Source of the DNA: Amoebidium appalachense
Lineage: Eukaryota; Protista; Ichthyosporea
Assembly: GCA_963693365.1 (NCBI GenBank)
Contig: CAVNZM010000016.1
Location: forward strand, 6,493,029 to 6,557,028
Direction: 5' to 3'
DNA length: 64,000 nt
Shown: positions 38,798 through 56,781 of the stretch, in pieces
Position numbering within the stretch: position 1 is the first letter of the stretch
Layout of the letters: each line of letters starts with the position of its first letter
The notes under the pieces: generated by a model
Databases searched by the model: none
What the model was told of the DNA's origin: nothing
The model's input: the letters and a program-made list of their open reading frames with translations, nothing else
Position numbers and translations under genes: made by a program

Positions 38798-39329
38798 TCA
38801 AGTGTCTTCTGCCTGCACGCTTACTAAATTGTTTGATTTTGGATTTCCCACCTTTGTGACGCTTTGTTGTTGCTCTTTGTTGTCTCCTCCATATTTCCAA
38901 CCCTCTAACGCATACATCCCCCCCCACCCCTCCGCCTCTCTCGTGCATCGTGTACGGTGTGGTGCATTGCTTTGCATGTGCACTGATGTGCTTAGGATGG
39001 TGGTGGAGTGTGATTCGAACCTTCCACGATGTATTTTGTTCATTTCACATACAGGCACACACACCAATGTACACACAGGCACAAACACCACACATACAGC
39101 TGCAGACACACCTATTGCCTCCTGGCATTTTAACTTCAACAGCCAGGAGTTATATACGCGACCTGAAATCCCGTTCAAAGTTAAACCCATCTCCCCCCCC
39201 CCCACCCCACTCCTCCCCCCCCCCGGGGGAGCTTCCTAGAAGCCCCGTCTCCTGAGTTCCTATCTATATTTTTCTTGCTTCTGCTTACTGCTGCAACTTT
39301 AACCCCCGGCCTTTCCCACTGCCCTTGCC

Positions 39330-39491
39330 TGCATAAGCAACCCTGCTCGTCTCTGATCAAGACGGGTGACCTACTCATGTTCAAGTGAAACAGTATCTGA
39401 GTTGGGTTTCGTTAACGAGGGGAATAGGTCGAAACTCGGGTACTGTGGATGACGTGGGCCCCCCCTGAGGATGGGCTCTGCTTATTATGCA
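39330..39491 (+). ncRNA. Candidate permuted hammerhead ribozyme (copy 2, first unit of a ~297-bp tandem)
   Basis: Stem III CAGTATCTGAGT/ACTCGGGTACTG, GUU ending at 39403, stem I GGG/CCC, CTGAGGA, stem II GACCTA/TAGGTC before GAAAC, closing helix ATAAGCA/TGCTTAT. Confidence 0.65.
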
Positions 39492-39570
39492 TACTCTTTA
39501 TGTATGGCTTGCATTCTGCATCGTGTTATCCGTTTGTTCTTGTGTACTTCGTACTTTTTGACGCATTCAA

Positions 39571-39607
<37 letters not shown>

Positions 39608-39626
39608 CCCCCCCACTGCCCTTGCC

Positions 39627-39788
39627 TGCATAAGCAACCCTGCTCGTCTCTGATCAAGACGGGTGACCTACCCATGTTCAAGTGAAACAGTATCTGAGTT
39701 GGGTTTCGTTAACGAGGTGAATAGGTCGAAACTCGGGTACTGTGGATGACGTGGGGCCCCCCTGAGGATGGGCTCTGCTTATTATGCA
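39627..39788 (+). ncRNA. Candidate permuted hammerhead ribozyme (copy 3, second tandem unit)
   Basis: Near-identical to copy 2. GUU ends at 39700. CCCATGT replaces CTCATGT, turning a U-G pair into C-G. Confidence 0.65.
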
Positions 39789-39866
39789 TACTCTTTATGT
39801 ATGGCTTGCATTCTGCATCGTGTTATCCGTTTGTTCTTGTGTACTTCGTACTTTTTGACGCATTCA

Positions 39867-39900
<34 letters not shown>

Positions 39901-40152
39901 ACACACACACACCCTGCTTCTCAACGGCTGGCAACCGCTGCCATAATAAACAAGGTAGCCATCAAGTGCACCGGAAGCATATACATATTCAGAACTCAAA
40001 ACTTGGTTGTTTTCAAACCATCTGGTCAATCAATCCACTTGAGGCCCTGTAGAATTTTTTTTGTTTTAAAAAAAACCCCCCCTAAAAAAGTAGGAATATC
40101 ACAATCTCAGATTATTTTGTGGTCCAATAATTCGCTCGCGATCGCACCGATT

Positions 40153-43913
<3,761 letters not shown>

Positions 43914-44105
43914 CCCCTTACACCCACAAAGGTTTTCCGTTGCCTCCCCCCCCCCCACCAAATAAAAAACAATCAGTTTCCCTTCACATTGTGGAACCAA
44001 CAAATGCGAACCGGCAGGTTATGTGCAGCAAATGAAATGGAACCGAGCCCCGGGGAAGGGGTGGGGAAGAAACCGGGGCGCGGGGAAGGGGAAGGGGGGG
44101 GAGGG

Positions 44106-44148
<43 letters not shown>

Positions 44149-46255
44149 CTCGAGTACCACGTTTTATACTTCTCCACCGCACACAGCAGGCCGCCCCGTT
44201 TCGTACATACGTCCACCATTCTGAACATCGGGTGAGTAATTTTTATTTTCCTCCTATCCCCTTCCAACCCCCCCCCCCCCCCCCCCACGGGGCAAAAATG
44301 TCCTTCAGATCCCCCCTCCGTTTTTTTTGCTGGTAATTTCTCCTGGGTACTTCCGCACTTAAAAAAACCACTCATTTCAAACTTGGATTTTCATGAACGA
44401 TTTCCTAAATTCATTGCTACAGGCGACACTTCTGTCTTCTAGGCGAAATATAGATTGAGACCCCCCTACGAACGGTGAACCCCCCTTCCCCTTCCCCCCA
44501 TAAATTCCAATTACCCATCCCTTCTCCATAAATTGGAAACATATCTTAGCGGCCCCTGCCCCTTCCCCCCACTCTCCCCCCCCCTCCCCCCACACACACA
44601 TACACATACATCTGCCTCTCATCTCTCCAAAGCTCGTCCCAATTCCCCGTTGGATCCCAATGGTGGTCGAATGAATTTAGAACAACGTTTTTCTCGTTTC
44701 TTCAAACTTTTTCTTTTCTTCTTCTTTCTTTTTGCCCGTGCTTAGATGATAAGGGGAGGGGGAAAGGGGAGGGGAAGGCCGGAGGGTGGGGTGGGCTGGG
44801 CTGGGGGGGGGGGGGGGGGGTTTGGGGTTTTGGGGGAGAGGGGGGGGGGGGGGGGGGATGGCTTTGTCTTGCAACTTTTGTGCTGAACGGAGCATAGTGG
44901 CAATCCGGATTCGACGGTCTGATTAGTGGTATATTTTAAACATTAATGTCGGCTCTATTTTAATTTTTAAATTCCTAATTCGCAGAGCAGCAACTTAAAT
45001 CGGCGCTAAAAGATTTGGTCATTTTTTTTGGTGGGACAGTTTTGGCCTTTGTTTTTATTGTGGGACACTCTCACTGCAAGATTGGTGGCACCCGTGGTCG
45101 AAAGCCGGGATTGAGAAAAAAAAAACTAACCATAAATGGTTACGTACCTTTCACAAAAAGGACCGTTTTATGGCCCTTAATTCTAATTGGGTATAGCCTT
45201 CCACTATGCTGCTGAAAGGTGGGTATAAATCAAATCTGTTCACAACCAGGCTGGTGGGGAATTCAGACCGGAAACTCTCTCTCGACACGTGTCTGTCTAT
45301 GCATTCATAACCTTGAAGCCTCATGTCAACTATTGACTAGTAACCAGCTTTTTTCATAGAACGTGATATGGCATATCAGCAAACCACCAAACCAACCAAC
45401 CCCCCCCCCCCCCCCAAAAAAGACCCCCCCTGCCTCCCCCCTCCTCCTCCTCCTCCCCCCTCCCCCCCCCCCCCCCCCTCGCACACACACACACACACAA
45501 ACAAAACCAAACAAAACCATTAGACTTGAAACAACCACCACAACTCTGATAACTTGTGCCCAAAAATTACGCAACAATCTCCATATTGTTGATTTTTCTG
45601 AGGTTTTTGAATCATTTAGTCTCCCCTCCCATACCCAATTGCAATATCACAAATACATCGAGGGATTGTCCGTCCGAGGGGGGGGGGGAGGAGGGGGGGG
45701 GGGGGGGGGGAGGGAGGGAGGGATTTGTGAGTTGTTTTCCTTTCAAGTGTTGATAAAGTATATATACAAGTTTTTCAAAAAAAAAATTATTGCCCATAAA
45801 CTTGCGAGCCCTCGTCTTGCCAGCTTCATCCTGATCGTGCGTGCTCTCCTAATCCCCCCCCTCCACCCTCCCCCCCTCCCCCCTTAATCCCCCCCCCCCC
45901 CTCCCCCCTTAATCCCCCTCCCCCCCCCCCCCATATCCTCCCACTCCATGCCCTCTCCTCCTCCCACCCTCTCCAATCCCTCTTCTGTCCTCCCCACCCC
46001 CTTCCCCCCCCTCGTCCCCGCATCCTTCCCCCCCCCCCCCCCTCCCCCCCCCTTGTTCCCCTCCCCCCTCTCTCCCAACCCCCCCGGCTACCACGATGAA
46101 ATTGGCCCTAAAGCTTTATAAGAAAACTGTTTTTCATGTCTCAAGACTATTCGTGTATGGTTCTCAGGAAGAATTATCTACAAGGTTTTAACTGTTGCTG
46201 GAAAGTTAAGGTAGGGTGGGAGATTCTGAAACCTGCCGTGTGTGTGTATTTGTGT

Positions 46256-46347
<92 letters not shown>

Positions 46348-47099
46348 CTGTGTGTATGTGCGTGTGTGTGTGTGTGTGTGTGTGTTGGGGGGGGAGGGGG
46401 AGGGGGGGGAGGGGGGGGGGGGGGCATGGGGGCGAGTGAAGCCTGGGGGCTGCCAAGACTATTGAGGTGACAGGGGGAGGGGGGGGGAGGGGGGTCCACT
46501 TTGGGGACGCCATGTGCAACCTGGCCGGGAAGAGCGGAGGGTAAAGAGTGAGAGATGGCCCTGGGGAGGGAGGGAGGGGGAACGGGAGGGGGGAGAGGGG
46601 GGGGGGGGGGGGGCAGGACGGGAGGGGGGCCCGTGGGGATGCAAATGCATGTCTGTGTGTGCATGTAGGTGGAGTTTGATGTGCAAGTCTGTGAGTATGT
46701 GCCTGTCTCTCTCTCTCTCTGTGTGTGTATATGTGTGTGCGGGTGCGGGTGCATGTGCGTGTGCATGTTTTTGTGTGTGTGTGTGTGTACGTGTCTCGTG
46801 TGTGCGCGCGCGTACATCACATGCATGTGTGTATGCATACGGGTGGCTGTGTATACGCATTCTAGTATTTTGTCTTGTCGTTTGGTCCACGACTTCCTAC
46901 GTGCCATTATCAACCATCCATTTTAATTTTCACACTTTCCCACCACCGGGGGGATATCCTAGGCTGAGTCCCTGGATTTTATGTTTTTATGTTACACTTG
47001 CTGGCAATAGCCCACGAATTTACTCTTCCCCATCCCTTTTATAAAACTTAGCCAACTGAAACTAGAAATACACTTTCGCTGAGCCTAGTGACTCCGAAT

Positions 47100-47572
47100 T
47101 CACTGAACAAAAAGCAGTTTGTTTGGAGTAGCCGTGTTGAAGCCGGTAATCTTGTTGAGGGAGGCAGCAGCCAGAAGCTGGGAGGTGAGCTGCAAAGACG
47201 GGAAAACGATTTCAATTTCCGGTAATGGCCGAGGCAAGATGTTTGAGGAACGGCAGGAATTCGTTGTGTTATGAGAGTATTAGTGGTTGGAAGGGAGTGG
47301 TTGGTGGATGAACGACATGAGGACTGACAGGTGTTGGGATGTTTGTGTGGGTGGGTGGGTGGTGTGTTTTTTATCTAAATTTTTTTTTCTTCTGGGGAGG
47401 GGGAGGGAGGGGGGGGGGGGGAGGGGGGGGGGAGGGGGGGGGGGGGGGGGGGGGAGGTTGCAGGTTACTATGGGTGGGTGGGTCGGGCTCGGAGAGCAAC
47501 GCAACAGGCATGATGCAAGTTGACGTTTTGAATCCTTTGCCTCCAATTACGCATTCAACCCTCTCACCCCCC

Positions 47573-47603
<31 letters not shown>

Positions 47604-48235
47604 AAAAAAAGGAAGGAAAACAAAAAGAGAGGATTGAAGTCACACTGCAGCACGGTCAGTCTGTGGGTGATCCAGCAACTGCCATGGATCCAGGGGAGGG
47701 GGAGGAGAGGGGGGGGGGGGGGGGGGGGGGGGAAGGGGGGGGGGGGGGGGGGGGTGCTACCTGGGGTACGGTGAGGGTGGGGTTCTTTCCGAGCATACCG
47801 GCCACAGCACCAGCAACGTGAGGGGTGGCCCTGTGTGGGTATAGCAACGTTACATGTTAGATTGCTGGATTGGATACGCATGTGCAAAAGTCTGGAAGGA
47901 GATCTGTAGGAACATAACTTTTTTTGTATAAATTTGTATACTGTTTGTTACACAGGCTGAATTATGACCTAGGATTGATGTTTACTTCAGGGTTTGTTTG
48001 TAACACCGCACTTAGATCCGAAGAAAGGGAGATGTATGTGGGTTTTACGTGTTTACTCGAGGCAAAGATGAGGCAGGGGGAGAGGTGGGGTAGGGGGGAA
48101 GGGAAATTTAACTGTTTGATTTTCACAGAGACAGAGAGATAGAGAGGGAGGCAGATAGGAAGGAAGGAGAGAGGGAGGGAGAGGGAGGGGGGAGGGAAGG
48201 GGAGCGAGAGAAAGAGAGGGAGTGTGTGTGTGTGT

Positions 48236-48271
<36 letters not shown>

Positions 48272-49674
48272 TTGTGTGCACTTCTGTGTGTGTGCATGCC
48301 TGAGGGCATGCGTATGCGCGTGTGTGCGTGCGTGTGTGCGTGCGCGCGTGCGTGCGTCTGTGTGTGCGTACATGCCTGTTTGCTCGCATGTGTCCGCATG
48401 TGTGTATTACTATGTGCATGCGCGCGCATGTGTGTGTTTTGTGTGTGCCTGTGCGTGTGTGCACACGCGCATGTGCCCGCGCGCATGTGTGTGTGTGGGT
48501 GTGAGTGTGTGTGTGTGGGTGTGTGGGTGACGGTACGGTGTATGTGTCAAGCGGTGAAGCTCGAGGGATTAAGGGAATAGAGTCAAAGTAAAATTTTGAA
48601 AGCCGAATAAGTAAGGGAGGCCTTGTTACATGACTGGGGGAGGGGCACCCGGATAACTTTTACATAAAGCCTTCACACAATTATTGATTATGTGCTTGCT
48701 GCCAGGGGAGCTCGAGGTTTGAGGGGGAGTATACGCACATGGAGGTACCGGAGATTGTGTTGTATGCGTTTGCAGAGCCTGCCCAGGAAGAGTAGATGTT
48801 CACCCCAGGGGCAATAATGTCCACACAGCTGTAATTTGGTGTTTGTGAATCAGCAATTGGGGCACCGTGATAATGAGGGGGGCCCCGAATACCCAAAATT
48901 AATTAAGCATTCGAAGCTTTAAGAAAACTCACCCCAGGTCCCACTCCGCAACCACAAACAGAGGGAGAGGGGGGTAGAGGCGGGGATGGGGAGAGGGGGA
49001 AGCGGCAGTGCAGGGGGAGGGGGGGGGGGGGGGGGGGGAGGGGGGAGGGGGGGGAGTGAAAGGGGGGGAAATGTTTTGCATGCTCACAGCCCAAAAACCA
49101 GATCACGGTCTATACTCAGTGAAAGAAATGTGCTAGAGCCGTGTACATGAATATGCATTTTTCCACACTGTTATGTAACCCACACACAAGTGCTTGCGTG
49201 GACACCCTACACATATATCAGTTTTGTGGGCAAGCATGCATCGCACACCAATGTGCACACACACCATAGCTGCATTGTAATATCTTAAACTTAAAATTAT
49301 AAAGAATTGAAAAACACACACCTGCCATAGTTGGAGAAAGACGCCTTCCTATCACTAATATCCGACGCACCAACAGTAATCGCATTGGTAGCCGATGCAG
49401 GAGACACATTGCACGCATCCTGATTTTCGTTTCCAGCCGCAACCACCGGCACCACGCCAGCATTATAAAGATTGTTGATAGCCGTGTTGACAGCAGCGGA
49501 TTTGCCCCCTCCGAGAGACATGGAAGCGACGGACGGGCGGGACTTGTTGCGGTTCTGTGCAACATAGTTCATGGCGTTGATAATGATCTCGTTGGTCCCG
49601 CTGCTGCCTTGGAACACCTGTGTTCGAATCGTGTTAAGTAATTATAAGCAATAATCAAGTTTTGAAACTTTCAG

Positions 49675-49707
<33 letters not shown>

Positions 49708-50511
49708 ACCCCTCCGTCTTTTTTTTGTTAGCTACTCGTGGATTCTCTGAGTTGTGGGCAAGGCACTTGATATCTACTACATGTATATGTTCATACTTGT
49801 AATGATTGCTGAACAAAAAAGATGCATGTACTTATATTGTGGCTAGTACACGTGTCAAGCATTAAATTTTGAACCTTTCAAACCCCCGACCCCCCCCCCC
49901 CCCCCCCCCCCGACCCCCTCTTCTTTTTTTTTTTTTTTGAGTCACTTGATATTAACCACGTGCATGAGTTCATGTGCTATAATTATTGAAGGAAATACAT
50001 TACGGTGAATGACAGATTGTAGCTATGTACTAATCACGATAGTATTTATTAAATGGTGGCAAGTACACGAGTGATGATTCATGTTCCGTAGCCAAGTTTT
50101 CACCCTAATTTTGAATATTTTGCACGTACGTGGATTCGGAGGAAGGGAAAGGAGCTTAAGGTGTTGACATGTATATGTTAACTTTTAAGAATAAAAATAT
50201 TCAACTAACAATGAAACCCCATACATCTCAACAACGTCCCAAACCACGCACCTTCACGGCATACAGGTTGGTCCCCTTAGCCACACCGGTAGACCTGCCT
50301 CCAATTGTGCCGGCGCAGTGTGTGCCGTGGCCGTTGGTGTCGCTGTTGTCCCCAGGGTAGCCAGTCCAGAAGTACTTGGCACGGCCTTGAAACTGCGTAG
50401 GGTTAGAATACCGGACAAGGTTACTATAGATGAATTCGGACACATGCGCTTAATTAGTATCTCATGTGTCTCGGCAATGAATAATCCTATTGAGCTAGTT
50501 ACCCTCCCACC

Positions 50512-50547
<36 letters not shown>

Positions 50548-51342
50548 TCCCCCCCGGGCCTGGTTGTTAACTAAGAATATATTATTGCATGCATGCAGTT
50601 GATTCGATATATATAACTCAAACCTTGTCATCATATCAGAACTTATGGGCACACGTCACCATGCATCATCATTCCCTATGCAACTTGATTCCCCTTTTCG
50701 TGTATTTGCAGTGAGCTCGAGTGTGTGTGCAACGAAGGGCCCCCTTTCGTAAAAACGATTTTTAATATCCTTATATGGCTAATTTGATCGAACCGGATTC
50801 GATCTGGACCAATCGCAAAGACCCCTTCACAGAGTTTTCTCGTACGACACGTAGGGCCCCCTTTCGTAAAAACTTACCTGCTCATGAGCAATGTTGATGC
50901 CAGTGTCAATAACATACACATCCACATTGCTGGCTAGGTTGCTGAAAGTTGTGTTGCTATCCAAAGGCCGGTTCACCTGGTTAACTCTGTCCAGACCCCA
51001 CAGCTGTTCAGGCGCCCCCTGCATAACTCGGTAGATCTGCACCTGCTCAACAGCCTTAACGTTGGGCTGAAGACGCACATACTCAAGTTCTGTAGTGTTA
51101 AGTGTCGCGGCGAACCCATTGATGAGGGGGAGCTGGGAGTTACCATGTCCCTTTGTGCCGAAAACGGTGGAGAAGGTGGTCATCTGACCCAGCACGCTGA
51201 ATTCGTTGTCTTCCAAAGTCACAATGTAACGGTTGGGCACCGCATCCTTGGAGTTCTTGGGGGTGTGGAGGGGTGAGAGCCCAGGGGCGGCGGCGGCGGT
51301 CGCTGCAATTGCAGCGACAATGGCGATAACCTTCGAAATCAT
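47100..51342 (-). CDS. Secreted subtilisin-like serine protease (S8, proteinase K family) with I9 propeptide, 383 aa, 6 exons
   Basis: Exons 51342-50878, 50392-50252, 49617-49322, 48828-48739, 47830-47761, 47189-47100 (1152 nt). Signal peptide, [16 protein letters not shown] propeptide, WGLDRV, catalytic triad [27 protein letters not shown], oxyanion AAGN. Confidence 0.95.
48040..48068 (+). repeat. Fragment of the RT-leader/short-element 5' motif inside a subtilase intron
   Basis: GGGTTTTACGTGTTTACTCGAGGCAAAGA versus GGGGTTTACGCTGTTTACTCGAGGCAAAGA. Confidence 0.55.
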
Positions 51343-52861
51343 CCTTGGTTGAAAAAGCTGGCGGCAGGATGTGAAGAAATGTTGTACGAGTTCTAACCGT
51401 TAACGCGGCCAGGGGAAGGTGCGTACTGTGGAGACGAGGGTGCGTGTGCGTCTGTTTTATACACGCCCGTTCAGACCTCCATGATGGCGTTAACACTATT
51501 TCAATCGCGGCTCAGCCAGGAAGGCATTGGTACGAGGCCGTGTAAACACTTGCCCGCAACCGTTCATGCAAACGTACGTACATATTATCGATCTCGGTGT
51601 ACATATACCGCGGTTGTAAACTTGTGAGCCACGTGGATCCGTCGACCTACATCTGCTTATTCTGCTAGCTCTCCAAAATACCGAACGCAGGCATGGCGCG
51701 TGTTTCCAACGTCCTTAAAAAAACACAGAAACCCGCTTGATAACACAGTTTGATGTACAGGCTAGCTAGGCAATATCATGCATGTTGAGAATGCACGTTC
51801 CAAGGCCGGCCATTGTTGAAGCTTCAGTTGACGGACAACAATGAGATCTAATGCTAATCTAATACGGATCTAAATCTTCTGAAGTTGTTGTTTATTGGCG
51901 AATGCTCCTCCAATCATATTTCTTCTCGGATCTTGTACGATATCATGAATATGTTACCGAAGTCTACAGTATGCGGCAAGTGCAGATGGCGTGAGCTGAT
52001 GGCGTAGCAGTGCAACTGGAGGTCAGGATAAAGTAAAGCAAATGTTGTAATCATAGAAATTGCTGCAGGATTAATAAGACGGCTTGGAAAGCCAGCCTGA
52101 CGCCGATAATTATCATATGCATACAACTAATGGAAGACTCACTTCAGGAAGTTCAGAAAAAGATTCCAACCATTTCATTGGCATATACTAATCCAATCAA
52201 AACTCTGCTTTGTCCACTCTGCCCAACACAGCCACAACTTCAGTAACACAGCTGTACCTGCAGCCCGCGGCGCACTGCAGCTGTGGTTAACGTTGACTCA
52301 ACGCCCCGTTGGGAATAGATAGAGCAAGCCACTCCAATTTATTCTATTTTTTCTCTTCTGCCCCCCATGCCTCTATTCCTCGACTCCCTTCGAAGTGACG
52401 CGTCGGACCTCGTGCGTATACCGACGATATTCGATGCGCACCGTTGCTCCGCCGTCGGACGGTCGTATGTTGGTTGGAATGCATGGGCCAGGGCCTGCAA
52501 CGTAGTGGGGTAGCCTACTAAACAGAAAAACGCACATGTAGGAAAACTGCATGAATCTACTTAGACATTCGTCTGTTGGTTATATGTTATTAGTATCGAC
52601 GTATCGACGTTTACGGTACGGGACACATGCCATTGCGCACGTACGCGGCTATACGATTTTAATCACCTGCAGCTGAAGAGATTCGCAGATTATTTGGTAC
52701 GCACACGTATAATAAGCACCAATAGATAGGTGTACGGCGTATGCGCCATTGATCTCTTGTGTTCTTGCACAAAACCGCAAATTTAAAGGTTACTACAGTC
52801 GAAAGCATTTACAGGTTTCTGAAAGTGTTCAAAAATTTCTGAAGATTCGATTTAAAGTGAA

Positions 52862-52903
<42 letters not shown>

Positions 52904-52946
52904 TGGTGCGTGAGTACGGTGTGTGTGTGTGTACATATATGTAAGA

Positions 52947-52989
<43 letters not shown>

Positions 52990-53056
52990 TGTGCGTGCGT
53001 GCGTGCGCGCGCGCTTGTGTGCATGTGTGCAGTGTGTGTATATGTGTGTATGTGTA

Positions 53057-53094
<38 letters not shown>

Positions 53095-53243
53095 TGTGTG
53101 TGTGTGGGTGGGTGTACGTGAAGGTGACTGTGTGTTTGTGTGTATGTGGCCCAGGGTGCGACACGTGTGTGCATGGATGTCTGGGGGGGGGGGGGGGGGG
53201 GAAGAGTGGGATTGGAGTGAGGAGGGGAGGGGCAGCTGCAGGG

Positions 53244-53279
<36 letters not shown>

Positions 53280-53458
53280 GGGGGGGGGAGGGGGGGGGGG
53301 GTTCGATCGCATTCCGAAACAAGTTCGGAATTCCTGCGTACTTGAGGGTATCCTTTTCATTCGGTAGTGATTGATCCCGTGATCGATGTTCGTTTCCCAT
53401 GCTCCCGGAATACGCCATTATTGTTAACAATGATTCCGGTTAGGAACCGAAACACCCC

Positions 53459-53489
<31 letters not shown>

Positions 53490-53819
53490 ACACACCACCA
53501 CCACCGTCCCCATCCCCCTCCTCCCTCGCCGCTTTCGACACATTTTTTTGCAGAATATTTGGCAGAACTTCTGCCACAGGAAACTCTTCTCGCACCGGGC
53601 AAATCTTGCACAAGGCTACCTTCTGCCCATATTGCAACGACAAAGTTTTAAGCCATACACGTGCTGCATAATGGTGTACAGAGTGCTGAGGGGCCTGTCA
53701 CCGTTATGACCCAGATACTATGACAATGAGTGCTCTACGAGAAATTTCTTGTCGCGACCCAATTGCCATCATTGGGTTCTTTCCAGCCGTTCTTGAGCTC
53801 CTCATCCTCTCCCGGGTCT

Positions 53820-53873
53820 TCCCCCCCCCCCCCCTCCCCCCCACCACGCGCCCATGCATATACATACGCACAC

Positions 53874-53913
<40 letters not shown>

Positions 53914-53979
53914 TGTGCACCCCCTCCCCCCCCCCCCCCCCCCCACCACGCGCCCATGCATATACATACGCACGCACAC

Positions 53980-54024
<45 letters not shown>

Positions 54025-54060
54025 TGTGCACCCCCTCCCCCCCCCCCCCCCCCCCTCCCA
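53820..54060. repeat. Tandem duplication embedded in poly(C)
   Basis: CCACCACGCGCCCATGCATATACATACGCAC..C(n)..TGTGCACCCCCTC occurs twice. Confidence 0.7.
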
Positions 54061-54171
54061 ACTCCACCCCACCTCTGCCATCCCCGCTCTCTTCTTCCCT
54101 CTCCCGTTCGAATTCACAATTACAACCACAAAATGTTCCCACCATCACCCCACCAGCGGGTATCCAACCCG

Positions 54172-54208
<37 letters not shown>

Positions 54209-54916
54209 ACACACACACACCCCACCACCACACACACACACACACACACACACTGACAAACACACACATATGTGCACACTCTCATGGGTTCCACCCTTGG
54301 TTGACTTCATTGTATCACATATATATTCTCCCACCGCCACATTTGAACTCTTCTATAGATTTGCACGCAATGTATGTATGTACGCAGTTAGCTATCAAAT
54401 TATTGGCCGTTTAAATGTTTAAAAAGCTCAGCTGGCACCCATAAGCACACTGTTATGAATCAATGGTAATCACTCTCAGTATCTCATTGAGGTTACACAT
54501 ACATTTGCGGATGTGTTGCACAAAATCGACACGGTCACTAATAAAACGGTAGTACAAATACACTGCATTGTTTTTAGGCGACTGAGAATAACACATTCAA
54601 GTAGGAACTTCAACAGTGCAGTTCCGCCCGGGGGGAGGGGGGGGGGGGGGAAGGGTGGGGGGCCCCAGAAGGGGGAGGGAAAAACAAAACCCTTATTGCC
54701 TGAAAGAGGTTGCACGGCTCCTCAGCGGAGGGCGAAAACAAATAGTTAAATTTTAAAATTAAGGGTCACATCCCATTGGCTAGCTCATCGCGACCAACTT
54801 GCAAAACAGTTGACGCAGAGAGACACAATCTCTCTTCCTGAGGCCATCCCTGCCCCCCCCCCCCCCCTCCCCCCTCCCCCCCTCCCCCTCCCCCTTCGCT
54901 GGCCGCCCTTCGAGTG

Positions 54917-55109
54917 CACGTGGAGGGTGGCTCTCCTTCTGATTGGCTGCTCTGTTGTTCCACCAATAGCATTGCTCCATTCTATTTTGCACCCCTCCTA
55001 CCGTGCTCCTGGATAGGTATTAGGGAGGAAAGCGCCGGCCCCTCCCCATAACCTCTCCCCCTTCACACCATCACCTAAACAACCCTAAACACCCCTAAAC
55101 ACCCCTGGC
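54917..55109. repeat. Dispersed 193-bp repeat, copy 2
   Basis: Near-identical to 41528-41720. Confidence 0.85.
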
Positions 55110-56284
55110 GGCGTGTGTATGGTCGAGCGCGCGTGTGCGCGCGCGCACACACCGCACACGCACACATGCACACACACACACACACACACTGTTGAACACA
55201 CACAGACACGCACACACACACACACTTCACGCACGCACGCACGCACGCACGCATGCACGCACGCATGCACGCACGCACGCAACGCACGCAACACACGCAC
55301 GCACGCACGCACACACGCCCCCCCCCCCCCCCCCCCCCCCCTTTGGGCTCTGCCCCTTCATACATGCACACACACACACACACACAGGCACACACACATG
55401 TGCGTGCACACCGTGACACACACACACACACACACACACCGACCCATCCCCGTCCTCCTACACATGTACCCCTGTAACGGCAATAAAAATGTACACAAGG
55501 CCAGTTAAGTGAACTTTAGAGACAAGCACTGCCTTGATATGTGCCGTGCCCGGAAGGAGGACGAAAATCTGTATATGGAAGTGGAGAATGTAGGTTGTGG
55601 TGACCCGGGCCCCCCTCCCCCCCTCGGACCCCTCCCCCTTCAGTCCCTTCTCTCCTCCTCCTCCCGGGGTACCCTTCCGGGGGGATATAATTGTGCAAGA
55701 ATGCACCTTTGTTTTTTTGGGTGTATGCATGTGTGGTCCGGGGCCCATAAGGAGGTGTGGTTGAACTTCAACTAGGGGAGGCGGGGGGGCACGGGTTGGG
55801 GGGGGGGGGGGGGGGGGGAGGAAGGGGGGAAGGGGGGAAGGCTGGGCTTTTGGGGGGGGGGGGGGATGGGGGGGGGATGTGAGTAAGATAGTACGTTTGG
55901 GTGTATGTTTGGCTGTGGTACTGAGGCAGGTGCTTGGGTGAATTGGGACGAAAGGGGGAAAGGGGGAGGGGGGAGGGGGGGGGAGGGGGTGGGGAGGGGG
56001 GAGGGGGCGGGAATCGAAGATGCAAAATGTGACTACTTTTCTGATGATATTTGGTGGGACATGGAGTCTAATTCGGCGTATAATAAGTGTGGCCGGACTG
56101 TATATCATGGTATGATGTCGATTTTGGGCATGCTTTAAACTAACCGTATCCGACTGCGGGCGGTTTATGCCCACAGCCCGGCAGGCATGGACAGGTGCAT
56201 AAACTTATTTGGGTGATATGCAAGGCAAAGAGGTGACTACAGTCTTAACGAATGTAGAACATTCCCCCCCTCCCCCCCCCCCTC

Positions 56285-56315
<31 letters not shown>

Positions 56316-56750
56316 AAAAAAAAGAAAGAAAGAAAGAAAAAGAAAGAAAGAAAAGAAGACTCTTAACAGAAAGAAAAGAAAAGAAAAAAGAAAGAAAGGG
56401 GAAAAAAAAAAAAAAAAAAAAAAAAAGGGAAAAAAGAGGGAAGAAGCCTGTTTAGAAAAAGTAAACGGAAAAAAGAAAAAGAAAAAAAGAAAGAAAAGAA
56501 AAAGAAAGAAAAGGAGAGAAAAAAGGGGAAAACTTTTGAAAATTGACTCACCGCACACGCGCGTTTTCACGGCATAAGTTAAAGGCCCCGAGGCTGTGGA
56601 ACAGGTTTGCTGCCTGCACAAGTTTTTAGACGGCTGTTGTTCGACTCAGAAGCCAAGGTCAGCTTCACTGAAAGAGTGCCTAACTTGAACTGCCACTAAC
56701 ATCCCCCCCCAACCCCCGGCCTGGGCCCCCCCCCGAAGTTTTTTTTCTTT

Positions 56751-56781
<31 letters not shown>

